Origin: a virus
Taxonomy: Duplodnaviria; Caudoviricetes
Strand: one strand, 5' to 3'
Virus record (IMG/VR): IMGVR_UViG_3300029288_000106
Coordinates: 41,264-105,263 of that record
DNA length: 64,000 nt
Shown: positions 49,366-58,122 of the stretch, piece after piece
Layout: each line of letters opens with the position of its first letter
Position numbering within the stretch: position 1 is the first letter of the stretch
The notes under the pieces: generated by a model
Told to the model about the DNA's origin: nothing
Seen by the model: the letters and a program-made list of their open reading frames with translations, nothing else
Database searches by the model: none
Position numbers and translations under genes: made by a program

Positions 49366-51312
49366 TTATAAGTAGTCTCTATCAACTGTTTTCTTTAGTT
49401 TAGCTACCGAAACTGGGTTGTTGCGACAATCAAACCCACCACCTACCTTCTGTGGACAACCTTTTAGGGTGGTTAGTTTGTTCTTGCGACAAATAAAACC
49501 ACCACCAACTTCTTGTGGACAACCTTCTAGAGTAGTGAGTTGGTTGTTGCGACAATCAAACCCACCACCTACCTTCTGTGGACAACCTTTTAGGGTGGTT
49601 AGTTTGTTCTTGCCACAATCAAACCAACCACCAACCTTCTGTGGACAACCTTCTAGGGTGGTGAGTTTGTTGTCATAACAATAAAAACTACCACCAACTT
49701 CCTTAAATTTAACTGGAAGTTTAGTTAGACCTAAATTAGATAAATCAACGTCTCCAGAACACGAATAAGTACCGTCTGAATTCTTAGTACAGCCTTCTAG
49801 TCGACGCTGGACTACTTCGTCTGTCGAAGCTGGTTTAAATAACGAATCTAAATCTGAGTCTTCGTTAACAACTTCAAATACTTTCAATAACTTGTCTATT
49901 AATTTAACTTGATGATCTGAAAAATGCCATCTGACGTCTTTCTGTTTATCAAACCACTCTCTTGCAGAATTCTTTTTTAGCTCTTCAGACATTGCTTGCC
50001 AATCAGCTATCATCTCAGCTATAGCTATATCTGGCATGGCCGAAGCATCTATACATATATCTGATTTGTTTCGATCTTTTGCACTAATATTAGCTTTACT
50101 CTTATCATCAAGCCAATATTCTGGATGATGAGAATTACCAGTAACATGATGTAATGTTGCTTGATTCTCATCTTCTTTAGCTAATAATCCAGGAGTTTGA
50201 TATCCTTTTCCATTAATTGGATCATAATTATTTTGTTCATTTTCTAATTTATGTCTCCAAGTTAGTGAAATATATGGAGTCTTTTCTGGATCTTCAAATT
50301 TAGATGCATCGTGAACTTGAACATTTGATAATAATTCTTGAAACTCTGGATAAGCCTTAACAATTTTCTCAGCTGCTTGCTGAACAAGATTAATATGTTT
50401 GTTTGTTCTTTGTACAAACCATTCATATTTTTCATCTGCAGTATTATCAACAGATGGAGTAGCAATAATAGCTTCTAGTGCTGTTGGCTGTTTAACTACT
50501 TGATGTCCTTGTCTTGTTAAATTTTTCATTACCTGCCATCCTCTACCATAAGCTTTTTTATTTGCCCATGTTTCAAGTCTTTTGGCTAAAAAATTTGGTA
50601 CATCATCAAATGCATATTCTCCACCAGAAGATGATTTTATAGTTAGATATCCAGTACTATCATAGCTAATAACTTTATAACTATAATCATCAATACTTTC
50701 ATTTCTTATTCCTACTTTCTTTTTTGTACCTGTTGTTTTTAGAATATCTGTTGGACGATCCGGATATCTTAGTTTATTAAGAACATCTAGTATTTCTTTA
50801 ACTTCAAATATTAAATCTTCAATGCCTTGAGCTTCTGTTGTATCTGGATCATCAAGAGTTTTAGAATACTCAAGCCATAAATGGTAGATAACTGGATAAT
50901 CATTATGCCATTGACCAACTGCATTATCTAAAGCTACTAACATCTGCTTTTCATCATGTGATTTAAAAGCTCTTTCTATTTCATTCTTTCGTTCAGCAAA
51001 CTCACTGGCTATAGTCAAGTACACTGTATTTTTTGTTATATAATCTGTGCCTTTATTAAGAAAAATATCTGTATGCCACTTGAGATAATTCTCATAAAAG
51101 TCTTTCATTGCATCAAGAGCAGTCCAGAGATTATTCTCGTCTATATTTGGTCTTTCAAGTAATATATCTCGATAAACCTTATAAATAGCTTTAATACCAC
51201 TACTGGTTACACTTTCAAACAAAAGATCGGGTGTATTGGTACAAGAAAATACACCCGATACCGGAGGAGGGTAATGAAAAGCTTTTATCATGTTTTCAAG
51301 CAGCTGGTTCAT
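49366..51312 (-). CDS. mosaic putative internal head protein: N-domain + KTSC-like + DUF5662/HD-like + LRR-like cassette (4 full modules + terminal)
   Basis: HDASK...HH...NSHHPEYW...EMIADW; C-terminal NEDSDLDSLFKPAS cap followed by 21-aa repeats. Confidence 0.7.
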   Translation of the reverse strand: MNQLLENMIKAFHYPPPVSGVFSCTNTPDLLFESVTSSGIKAIYKVYRDILLERPNIDENNLWTALDAMKDFYENYLKWHTDIFLNKGTDYITKNTVYLTIASEFAERKNEIERAFKSHDEKQMLVALDNAVGQWHNDYPVIYHLWLEYSKTLDDPDTTEAQGIEDLIFEVKEILDVLNKLRYPDRPTDILKTTGTKKKVGIRNESIDDYSYKVISYDSTGYLTIKSSSGGEYAFDDVPNFLAKRLETWANKKAYGRGWQVMKNLTRQGHQVVKQPTALEAIIATPSVDNTADEKYEWFVQRTNKHINLVQQAAEKIVKAYPEFQELLSNVQVHDASKFEDPEKTPYISLTWRHKLENEQNNYDPINGKGYQTPGLLAKEDENQATLHHVTGNSHHPEYWLDDKSKANISAKDRNKSDICIDASAMPDIAIAEMIADWQAMSEELKKNSAREWFDKQKDVRWHFSDHQVKLIDKLLKVFEVVNEDSDLDSLFKPASTDEVVQRRLEGCTKNSDGTYSCSGDVDLSNLGLTKLPVKFKEVGGSFYCYDNKLTTLEGCPQKVGGWFDCGKNKLTTLKGCPQKVGGGFDCRNNQLTTLEGCPQEVGGGFICRKNKLTTLKGCPQKVGGGFDCRNNPVSVAKLKKTVDRDYL

Positions 51313-51729
51313 TTAATTTGGTTTCGAATAAATAGCATTTATTGTTACTTTTGATACTAAACCACGCATATCCATATCAACTTCAAGATCTTCAATTGTA
51401 TAGGCATTTCCATTTATCCAATTGAATTCATAACTAACTTCTAACCAATCAATTTTACCAGATATAGTATTCACAACTTTATCATCTGTATCTGTAATTT
51501 CTATCTCAAAATTAACCACACCTCGAGGAACAATTGAAATATCTTTTATTCCCCAACTTCGATATTCCATTTCAATCTCAAATGAAACATTAGCTTTGAT
51601 AGAACTAACTTCATGATCCACAGGAAGATCTGTTATATTAAAGTTTAGAGGAATATTAATTCTATAAAAATTATCTTCAGCTTCTTCATTCAATTTTATA
51701 TTCATTAGCTTTTCAACTAGATCATCCAT
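51313..51729 (-). CDS. hypothetical protein with leader motif
   Basis: MDDLVEKLMNIKLNEE N-terminus. Confidence 0.65.
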   Translation of the reverse strand: MDDLVEKLMNIKLNEEAEDNFYRINIPLNFNITDLPVDHEVSSIKANVSFEIEMEYRSWGIKDISIVPRGVVNFEIEITDTDDKVVNTISGKIDWLEVSYEFNWINGNAYTIEDLEVDMDMRGLVSKVTINAIYSKPN

Positions 51730-54493
51730 TTTTATTGGCCTTCACAATAACTGCAAATTTCTTCTCGTCTGTACTATCTTTAACAACCTGTCCTTGTTTC
51801 TTTCGAGCTAATTCATCCGCATCTGCTTTGTCTTCAATACCTTGAGCAATTGTTTTGAATTGCTCTTTTTCTTCTTCATTAAGCTTAGATTCATCACACT
51901 CTCCAGCTTCCATCTTCTTAAGTTTAGTATAATACTGTGGATCTTCAGCAAGATGATCCATAGCTATCTTCTTAGCAATTTCCGGATCATCAGTATGTTC
52001 TTTTTCAACCTCAACACCCATAGCTAGTTGTTGTTCAAAACTCGACTCGAGTTTAGATAAATCAGCTTCTTCTCGAATACTATTCACATCTGTCGATTTG
52101 CAGTGTATACAAGCAGCTATGGTCGATTCAAATGTCTTAGCACAAGCATTGCAGATGTAAAGAGCTGATTTGGATTCATTTTTCTTCTTCATTAATTCAA
52201 TTTTCTTCTCTACTTCAGCAAGTTGATCTACTATATCACCTTCTTCATCTTTAGCCTGATCCCAACCACCTGATCCACTAGCTGCTATTCTCTGGCACAT
52301 TCTTTTTGCCGCTTTAAGATCTTGTTTAAGTTCTGCCTTTTGTTTTTCAAGATCTTGTAAAGTCTCTTTTCTTTCGTTTGTTTTCTTTTTCTTCTTACTG
52401 TGTTTTTTACCACACATTTCTTCAATATCTTCATCTTTCTGAACTTCATGTCCTTTAATATCAAAAGTATCAACAAGAGGTCCACCAGGGCCTGCAGCAT
52501 ACTCTATATCAACTGTACCATCATTCCAAATAGCTGTAATAACTCCTCGACCTTCATCAAATATAACTCTATCATTTTTCTTTATATCTTTTCCATAAAT
52601 ATCACGACTAACTGGTATCTCTTCTAATTCTTCTTCTAATAATACACTTCTCTTATCAATCGAAGACAAACCACCTTCTACAATTCCATTAACTCTTTCA
52701 AAAATTGATTCAAATGTATCTTTAATCTCTTCATCTTGAACCGGTATCATTGTAGAAGGTTCTTTATCGTTTGGTTTAGCTTTGAAGTCAACTGGAGCTA
52801 ATCCAACTGCAATAGCAGCTATATCTTCAGCAGGATCGTAATCTTTGTTATCTAGTGCTGGTTGATCAATCTCAGTCTTCTTGGCCGGACTGTCAGTTGA
52901 TTCGTCTGCTCTACCAACCGATTCAAGATTTGAACTATCACAATCTGGACAACAACCATTCCATGATATGGCTTGTACATCAGCTTCTTCTCCTCTACCT
53001 ACAGAGAAGATTCTATCACACGTTTTGCATTTGTATGATTCAATTACTGTTTCGTTAATTGATTCATCAGTAATATTAGAAGCATTAATTTTTGTATCCA
53101 ACATCTTTTCTATAAACTCAATTACTTCTTTGGTCCAATGATCTTGATTTAAAAAAGGCACAATTTCTTTTGCGAGTTCTTCTTTTGAATACTTTTCTAA
53201 AGCACTTCCAATAAATCTGCGCATAGTATATTTCCAAAGCTGATCATCAAGATCATCTCCTGGCTCTTTATCAACAAGACTAATATCTATTTTATTAATA
53301 ACATCTTCAGCATCACCTGCCCAATCATCTACTTCATAAGAAGCTTCATCGGCTGGATCATCAACTTCCCAGAGTTCTTTTCCTAATTTTTTAGCTAAAG
53401 CTTGCCAGTCCTTCATTTTTTTATTGTATTGTTCAATTGCATCAAGTCTACTTTTATTCAATTCCGGATTTTCCTCTTCCCATTTTCCTTCGTTGAGTTT
53501 TGATTCATCAAGAAAAAGAGAAGCTTTTATTCCAAGAGCTTTTGACACTAACTTAATATCATCAACTTCCCATCCTTCTCCTTCTTTCACTAAGCTTAAA
53601 AATTCTTGTTGTATAGCTTCTGCACCAAATTTTTTAACTGCATATTTAATAGTAGTTTGCACTATCTCCTTCTTTTTCTCTCCCCAAAACCCAGCACCTT
53701 CACCACCACTCCAAAACATATCCACAATAGTAGCAATAGCATCTACAACATCTTTTGCTTTATCTATCTCTTCTATCTCTTCTATTTCTTTCTCATTGAG
53801 CTTTGATTCGGTATACCTGCTTTTCAAAGTTATGTTAGCAATCTCTTCATCAGACATATCCTGGGCCTTTAAACTAGATTGCTTGATAGCCTCAATAAAT
53901 TTAGGTGGATTTTTATGATATAATGATCTTGGTGATCTAGATGAATTAAGATCTCTAAAATTTCTATAACCCATATACTGAGCAAAACTATCTAAATCTA
54001 CCATACCTACATCAAAAGCTTGAGCAAATTCAGCCCAAATAGATTTCCGTGGGATTGAATTAGAAAAAGTATTAGCTTCATTTAATCTCTTCTCCGTTGC
54101 ACTATCACCAACTAACGAAGCAAATATCTTTTGTGCTTCATGTTCCATACTTATTTCTATATCTTCTTCCTCTTCCTCAGGAGTCTCTTCTGTCTTCAGA
54201 GCTGGAGGAGGAGTTTGTTTAGCAACTTCTTGAGCTATAGCTAAAGCTTCATTATACTCAACTTTAAACATACTACTAGCTACTTCAGCCAATTCTTCTG
54301 AAGTCCAATGATCTCCAAATTCTTGAGCCTTCTGAGCAAAAGTTTCCATATAGCGTCTGGTTATATCTTGTGGAGTCTTGCCTTCCCCTCTCCATTCACC
54401 TTCTGTAAGTATAATAGCATTTATCTTCTCGTAAATAGTTTGATCTGCTTTTCTAGTTGCTTCTGTTATAGCTTCAAACATTTCTCTGAACAT
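51722..54493 (-). CDS. acidic modular protein with ESKLNE motifs, Zn ribbons and a DUF5661-like domain (putative processed head/core protein)
   Basis: Recurrent ESKLNE/ESINE; CxxC..CxxC pairs; MGVEVEKEHTDDPEIAKKIAMDHLAEDPQYYTKL. Confidence 0.7.
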   Translation of the reverse strand: MFREMFEAITEATRKADQTIYEKINAIILTEGEWRGEGKTPQDITRRYMETFAQKAQEFGDHWTSEELAEVASSMFKVEYNEALAIAQEVAKQTPPPALKTEETPEEEEEDIEISMEHEAQKIFASLVGDSATEKRLNEANTFSNSIPRKSIWAEFAQAFDVGMVDLDSFAQYMGYRNFRDLNSSRSPRSLYHKNPPKFIEAIKQSSLKAQDMSDEEIANITLKSRYTESKLNEKEIEEIEEIDKAKDVVDAIATIVDMFWSGGEGAGFWGEKKKEIVQTTIKYAVKKFGAEAIQQEFLSLVKEGEGWEVDDIKLVSKALGIKASLFLDESKLNEGKWEEENPELNKSRLDAIEQYNKKMKDWQALAKKLGKELWEVDDPADEASYEVDDWAGDAEDVINKIDISLVDKEPGDDLDDQLWKYTMRRFIGSALEKYSKEELAKEIVPFLNQDHWTKEVIEFIEKMLDTKINASNITDESINETVIESYKCKTCDRIFSVGRGEEADVQAISWNGCCPDCDSSNLESVGRADESTDSPAKKTEIDQPALDNKDYDPAEDIAAIAVGLAPVDFKAKPNDKEPSTMIPVQDEEIKDTFESIFERVNGIVEGGLSSIDKRSVLLEEELEEIPVSRDIYGKDIKKNDRVIFDEGRGVITAIWNDGTVDIEYAAGPGGPLVDTFDIKGHEVQKDEDIEEMCGKKHSKKKKKTNERKETLQDLEKQKAELKQDLKAAKRMCQRIAASGSGGWDQAKDEEGDIVDQLAEVEKKIELMKKKNESKSALYICNACAKTFESTIAACIHCKSTDVNSIREEADLSKLESSFEQQLAMGVEVEKEHTDDPEIAKKIAMDHLAEDPQYYTKLKKMEAGECDESKLNEEEKEQFKTIAQGIEDKADADELARKKQGQVVKDSTDEKKFAVIVKANKNG

Positions 54494-54514
54494 TTATATA
54501 CTCCTTGATATACT

Positions 54515-55291
54515 CTAAATTCTAAGTTTTGATTCGTTAGTATCGCTGCCATAGCTTTCAGCTTTATCTTTTACAGTCATTCCTTGATATCCATCTTCGT
54601 TTGCTATCTCAACATCAGATCCAGCTACACTATCTGCTTCCTTCTTGCCTTCTCCTATCGTAATCTGAGGTTCAGGATCACAAGTTAATCTATCAGAACC
54701 ATCCCCATCAAATGACATAGCAAACAATCCTGAATGACCACCATTAAAATGTAGAAATCCCAAAAAGTTTTCAAACCTCTTCATAATCATATCAGAACTT
54801 GCTGTTATCTTGAATGTCTTTGTAACCTCAGTTTTCTCTTCCTCTTCTTTAAGCTTCGATTCGTCCAGATCAGTCGTATCAATTAATTCAACTTTCTCTC
54901 CTTTAGCATCTGACCAATATCCTGACCCCGACAAATCTCTGAAGTTAATCAAATCCACAATCTTGTCAGACATCTGCTTATCAACACACCAAAATGCAAC
55001 TTCGTGCCTTCTGCCACTTTTAGTTATTGGTCTCAGATTAATAGGAAGATCTCTAAATCGTAAATTCAATAAATTAGTAATTGATTCAGGAGAAGTCTTA
55101 AGTAATATATACTCAATAATTGCTAGAGCTCTTTTGTCGCTGGGTAGTATCTTCTTACCTTGTGCAACGAGTATATCAAATAGCCTATCTACTGATGTTG
55201 CTGGTGCCTCTTCACAATATTGATTCATCGCCCGAAGAAGAGCTTTGTAAACTTTCAAATCTTTCGCTTCAAATATTGATTTTTTATGCAT
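54515..55291 (-). CDS. hypothetical protein with ESKL motifs
   Basis: DESKLKEEE and NESKLRI. Confidence 0.65.
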   Translation of the reverse strand: MHKKSIFEAKDLKVYKALLRAMNQYCEEAPATSVDRLFDILVAQGKKILPSDKRALAIIEYILLKTSPESITNLLNLRFRDLPINLRPITKSGRRHEVAFWCVDKQMSDKIVDLINFRDLSGSGYWSDAKGEKVELIDTTDLDESKLKEEEEKTEVTKTFKITASSDMIMKRFENFLGFLHFNGGHSGLFAMSFDGDGSDRLTCDPEPQITIGEGKKEADSVAGSDVEIANEDGYQGMTVKDKAESYGSDTNESKLRI

Positions 55292-55325
55292 TTTTAAATT
55301 CCTATCAATTGTACCTGCCTAAAAA

Positions 55326-55386
55326 CTTAAGAGCACGCGTGCTCCTTAATGATCTTCTATTGGTTAATACCAAAGTATATACAAAA
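55326..55386 (-). repeat. intergenic palindrome element (core 55331-55344)
   Basis: CTTAAGAGCACGCGTGCTCCTTAATGATCTTCTATTGGTTAATACCAAAGTATATAC on the + strand. Confidence 0.9.
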
Positions 55387-55418
55387 TTTACTTTTTATTC
55401 AAAATTCAAAACTTTCTA

Positions 55419-56399
55419 TCATTTTAAATAGTCTCTATTAACTGTTTTCTTTAGTTTAGCTACCGAAACTGGGTTATTGTGACAATAAAAATTACCACCA
55501 ACTTCTTGTGGACAACCTTCTAAGGTCGTGAGTTGGTTGTTGTGACAATAAAAACTACCACCAACCTTCTGTGGACAACCTTCTAGGGTGGTTAGTTGGT
55601 TGTTGGAACACCAAAAATCACCACCAACCTTCTGTGGACAACCTTCTAGGGTGGTGAGTTGGTTGTTGTGACACCTAAAACTACCACCAACCTTCTGTGG
55701 ACAACCTTCTAGGGTGGTGAGTTGGTTGGAGGAACAATCAAACTCACCACTAACCTTCTGTGGACAACCTTCTAGGGTGGTGAGTTGGTTGTTGGAACAA
55801 TCAAACCAACCACCAACTTCTTGTGGACAACCTTTTAAGGTGGTGAGTTGGTTGGAGGAACAATCAAACTCACCACCAACTTCCTGTGGACAGCCTTCTA
55901 AGGTGGTGAGTTTGTTGTTGCTACAATCAAAACCACCACCAACCTTCTGTGGACAACCTTTTAAAGTCGTAAGTTGGTTGGAGGAACAATCAAACTCACC
56001 ACCAACCTTCTGTGGACAACCTTTTAGAGTGGTGAGTTGGTTGTTGCTACAATCAAAACTACCACCAACCTTCTGTGGACAACCTTTTAAGGTGGTGAGT
56101 TGGTTGAAGGAACACCAAAAACCACCACCAACTTCTTGTGGACAACCTTCTAGGGTGGTGAGTTTGTTGCCAGAACACCAAAAACCACCACCAACTTCTT
56201 TAAACTTTACCGGGAGTTTAGTTAAACCTAAACCCGATAAGTCAACGTCTCCAGAACACGAATAAGTACCGTCTGGGTTTTTAGTACAGTTTTCTAGTCG
56301 ACGCTGAACTACCTCGTCTGTCGAAGCTGGTTTAAACAACGAATCCAGATCTGAGTCTTCGTTAACTACCGATAACATTTTTTCTAATAGTTCTATCAT
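55419..56399 (-). CDS. LRR-like cassette-array protein (11 full 21-aa modules + terminal)
   Basis: VGxxFxCxxN(Q/K)LTTL(E/K)GCPQ(K/E) tandem; MIELLEKMLSVVNE leader. Confidence 0.85.
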   Translation of the reverse strand: MIELLEKMLSVVNEDSDLDSLFKPASTDEVVQRRLENCTKNPDGTYSCSGDVDLSGLGLTKLPVKFKEVGGGFWCSGNKLTTLEGCPQEVGGGFWCSFNQLTTLKGCPQKVGGSFDCSNNQLTTLKGCPQKVGGEFDCSSNQLTTLKGCPQKVGGGFDCSNNKLTTLEGCPQEVGGEFDCSSNQLTTLKGCPQEVGGWFDCSNNQLTTLEGCPQKVSGEFDCSSNQLTTLEGCPQKVGGSFRCHNNQLTTLEGCPQKVGGDFWCSNNQLTTLEGCPQKVGGSFYCHNNQLTTLEGCPQEVGGNFYCHNNPVSVAKLKKTVNRDYLK

Positions 56400-56429
56400 A
56401 TTAAATAATTTTATTGTAATATTATATTT

Positions 56430-56654
56430 CTACTCAAAGCTGTGTTCCTCAACAATACAAAGCTTATAAAATGGTAATTTATTCAAACAAACCTCAGCAT
56501 AAGGCTTAGAAGAATATTTTATAGCTAAACTAACATTAGGAGTAAACTTATGAATAGTCTGAATACTACTATCAATACAAACTCTCTCTTCTGTTCCAGA
56601 ATAATAAAGAGGAGCCAGTAAATCTTTCAACTCTATCAGATACTTAACCTCCAT
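56430..56654 (-). CDS. hypothetical protein
   Basis: AAGGAG RBS before the ATG at 56654. Confidence 0.5.
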   Translation of the reverse strand: MEVKYLIELKDLLAPLYYSGTEERVCIDSSIQTIHKFTPNVSLAIKYSSKPYAEVCLNKLPFYKLCIVEEHSFE

Positions 56655-57531
56655 ATTGATCTCCTTGTTTGCCCAAATCTTCTTTCTCATCTATATTTTC
56701 AATCACCATCTGAATTTCTCTGAATGTAGCATTACCAAAACTGTTGCCCTGTGGAAATATAACATTCTTAACTACTTTTATATCCCTTACCTGCTCTTCA
56801 ATTGCATCTACAACGTCCTGATCATCAATCATTATTGATAATTGAGGCAAGTAAGTAAAATCAATCATAGCTTCATAAATCAGATTAATCTGATCTAACT
56901 TGCTATACAATCTTGTTCCATAAAGAAATGAATATTTCTGAAATACCTTAAATGCTGTTAAAGGTTCTTGATTTCTCAATGCATTAATAAGCATTTCAAA
57001 ATTGCCTCTAGTATCTTTGAATGACTGTTGTAACATAGCATCTAATGCTTCAATATCTTTCTCTTTATATTCTACTGAAACAGCTACTTTATTAACTGCA
57101 TCTCTCTTGACAACTCCAAAGCGAGCCTTCCAAAGATCAACATCCATATTGAGAGCTTCGAAAGGCTCACTGGAGAACATCCTAGTCAAAGCTACTTTTA
57201 GCTCTGATTGAAGCATCTGAAGATCCTTTTCAAATGCTTCAGCAAGATAACGCTGCAGGCCAACGACTGTTTTCTGGTCATTCCAATCAAATAAAGTAGA
57301 AAAATCATTCCAGCAAGTATGTGGAACATATATTGATACTGCGTCTTCAAATACAACTTTCTTTCCTTCTTTATCCTCAAGTATTTCTATGCCCCAATCT
57401 TTTTTCATCTTAGCAAGCGATTGTAAAGCAGCTTTAACTGCCCCAACACTTGATGGCAAATAAGCTATGTCAGATATTGTTGTTGCTTCGTTTAGATCTA
57501 TTTGTTCAAGTTTTGTTGCTAAGTCATACAT
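56644..57531 (-). CDS. hypothetical protein with leader-like N-terminus
   Basis: MYDLATKLEQIDLNEA. Confidence 0.65.
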   Translation of the reverse strand: MYDLATKLEQIDLNEATTISDIAYLPSSVGAVKAALQSLAKMKKDWGIEILEDKEGKKVVFEDAVSIYVPHTCWNDFSTLFDWNDQKTVVGLQRYLAEAFEKDLQMLQSELKVALTRMFSSEPFEALNMDVDLWKARFGVVKRDAVNKVAVSVEYKEKDIEALDAMLQQSFKDTRGNFEMLINALRNQEPLTAFKVFQKYSFLYGTRLYSKLDQINLIYEAMIDFTYLPQLSIMIDDQDVVDAIEEQVRDIKVVKNVIFPQGNSFGNATFREIQMVIENIDEKEDLGKQGDQYGG

Positions 57532-57544
57532 AATTTGAAGTTCT

Positions 57545-58117
57545 CTATTTATTTTCTGTCTTCAACAATTTATCAATTTTTCTCATCATTACTTCAAGCG
57601 CAGCTTTACTAGAAGTATATGTCGATCCAACTATAGAATCTGGATTCCCTTCAAATAGTTCCTTTTCTCCCACCCAACCAAGATAGCCCGCTGAACCACT
57701 GCCTACACCTACTTTTGACTCAAAAATAACAACTAGATTTTCAATTATGCCTATTGATTGTAATCCTGATTTAATAACAGCAGAAGAAGATTGCCGTGGG
57801 AAAAGTAATTTTAAAGTTAAAAATCTAATCCACTTAACACCACGCTGTTCTAATATACGTATAACTTCTCTACTAGCCTTGGCCACAGTAGGAAGCTCTT
57901 TAATTGGACTGCTAAACACATTATAATTATATCTATGAGAAAGAATTGGAGATTTTGAAGAAAACTCCATACCTTTGTATTCATAGTTATTAGTACCCAA
58001 AATTCTCTTTATTCCAAGCCTTGCTAACACTTCATCTTTACTGGCTGGTTTAAATAACGAATCTAAATCCGAGTCTTCGTTAATAATGTTTAACATTTTT
58101 TCTAGTAGTTCTTGCAT
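57545..58117 (-). CDS. leader/cap module fused to an unrelated cargo domain
   Basis: MQELLEKMLNIINEDSDLDSLFKPASKDEV shared with the LRR genes; the rest is unrelated. Confidence 0.7.
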   Translation of the reverse strand: MQELLEKMLNIINEDSDLDSLFKPASKDEVLARLGIKRILGTNNYEYKGMEFSSKSPILSHRYNYNVFSSPIKELPTVAKASREVIRILEQRGVKWIRFLTLKLLFPRQSSSAVIKSGLQSIGIIENLVVIFESKVGVGSGSAGYLGWVGEKELFEGNPDSIVGSTYTSSKAALEVMMRKIDKLLKTENK

Positions 58118-58122
58118 GTTAA

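Noticed and set aside
55480-56200. 63-bp tandem repeats as a CRISPR array
   Set aside because: The units are in-frame coding modules with no unique spacers, and no cas genes are present.
55714-56265. + strand ORFs overlapping the LRR arrays (also 49418, 61030, 61637)
   Set aside because: Antisense shadows of the repetitive quasi-palindromic sequence; no RBS and opposite to the operon direction.
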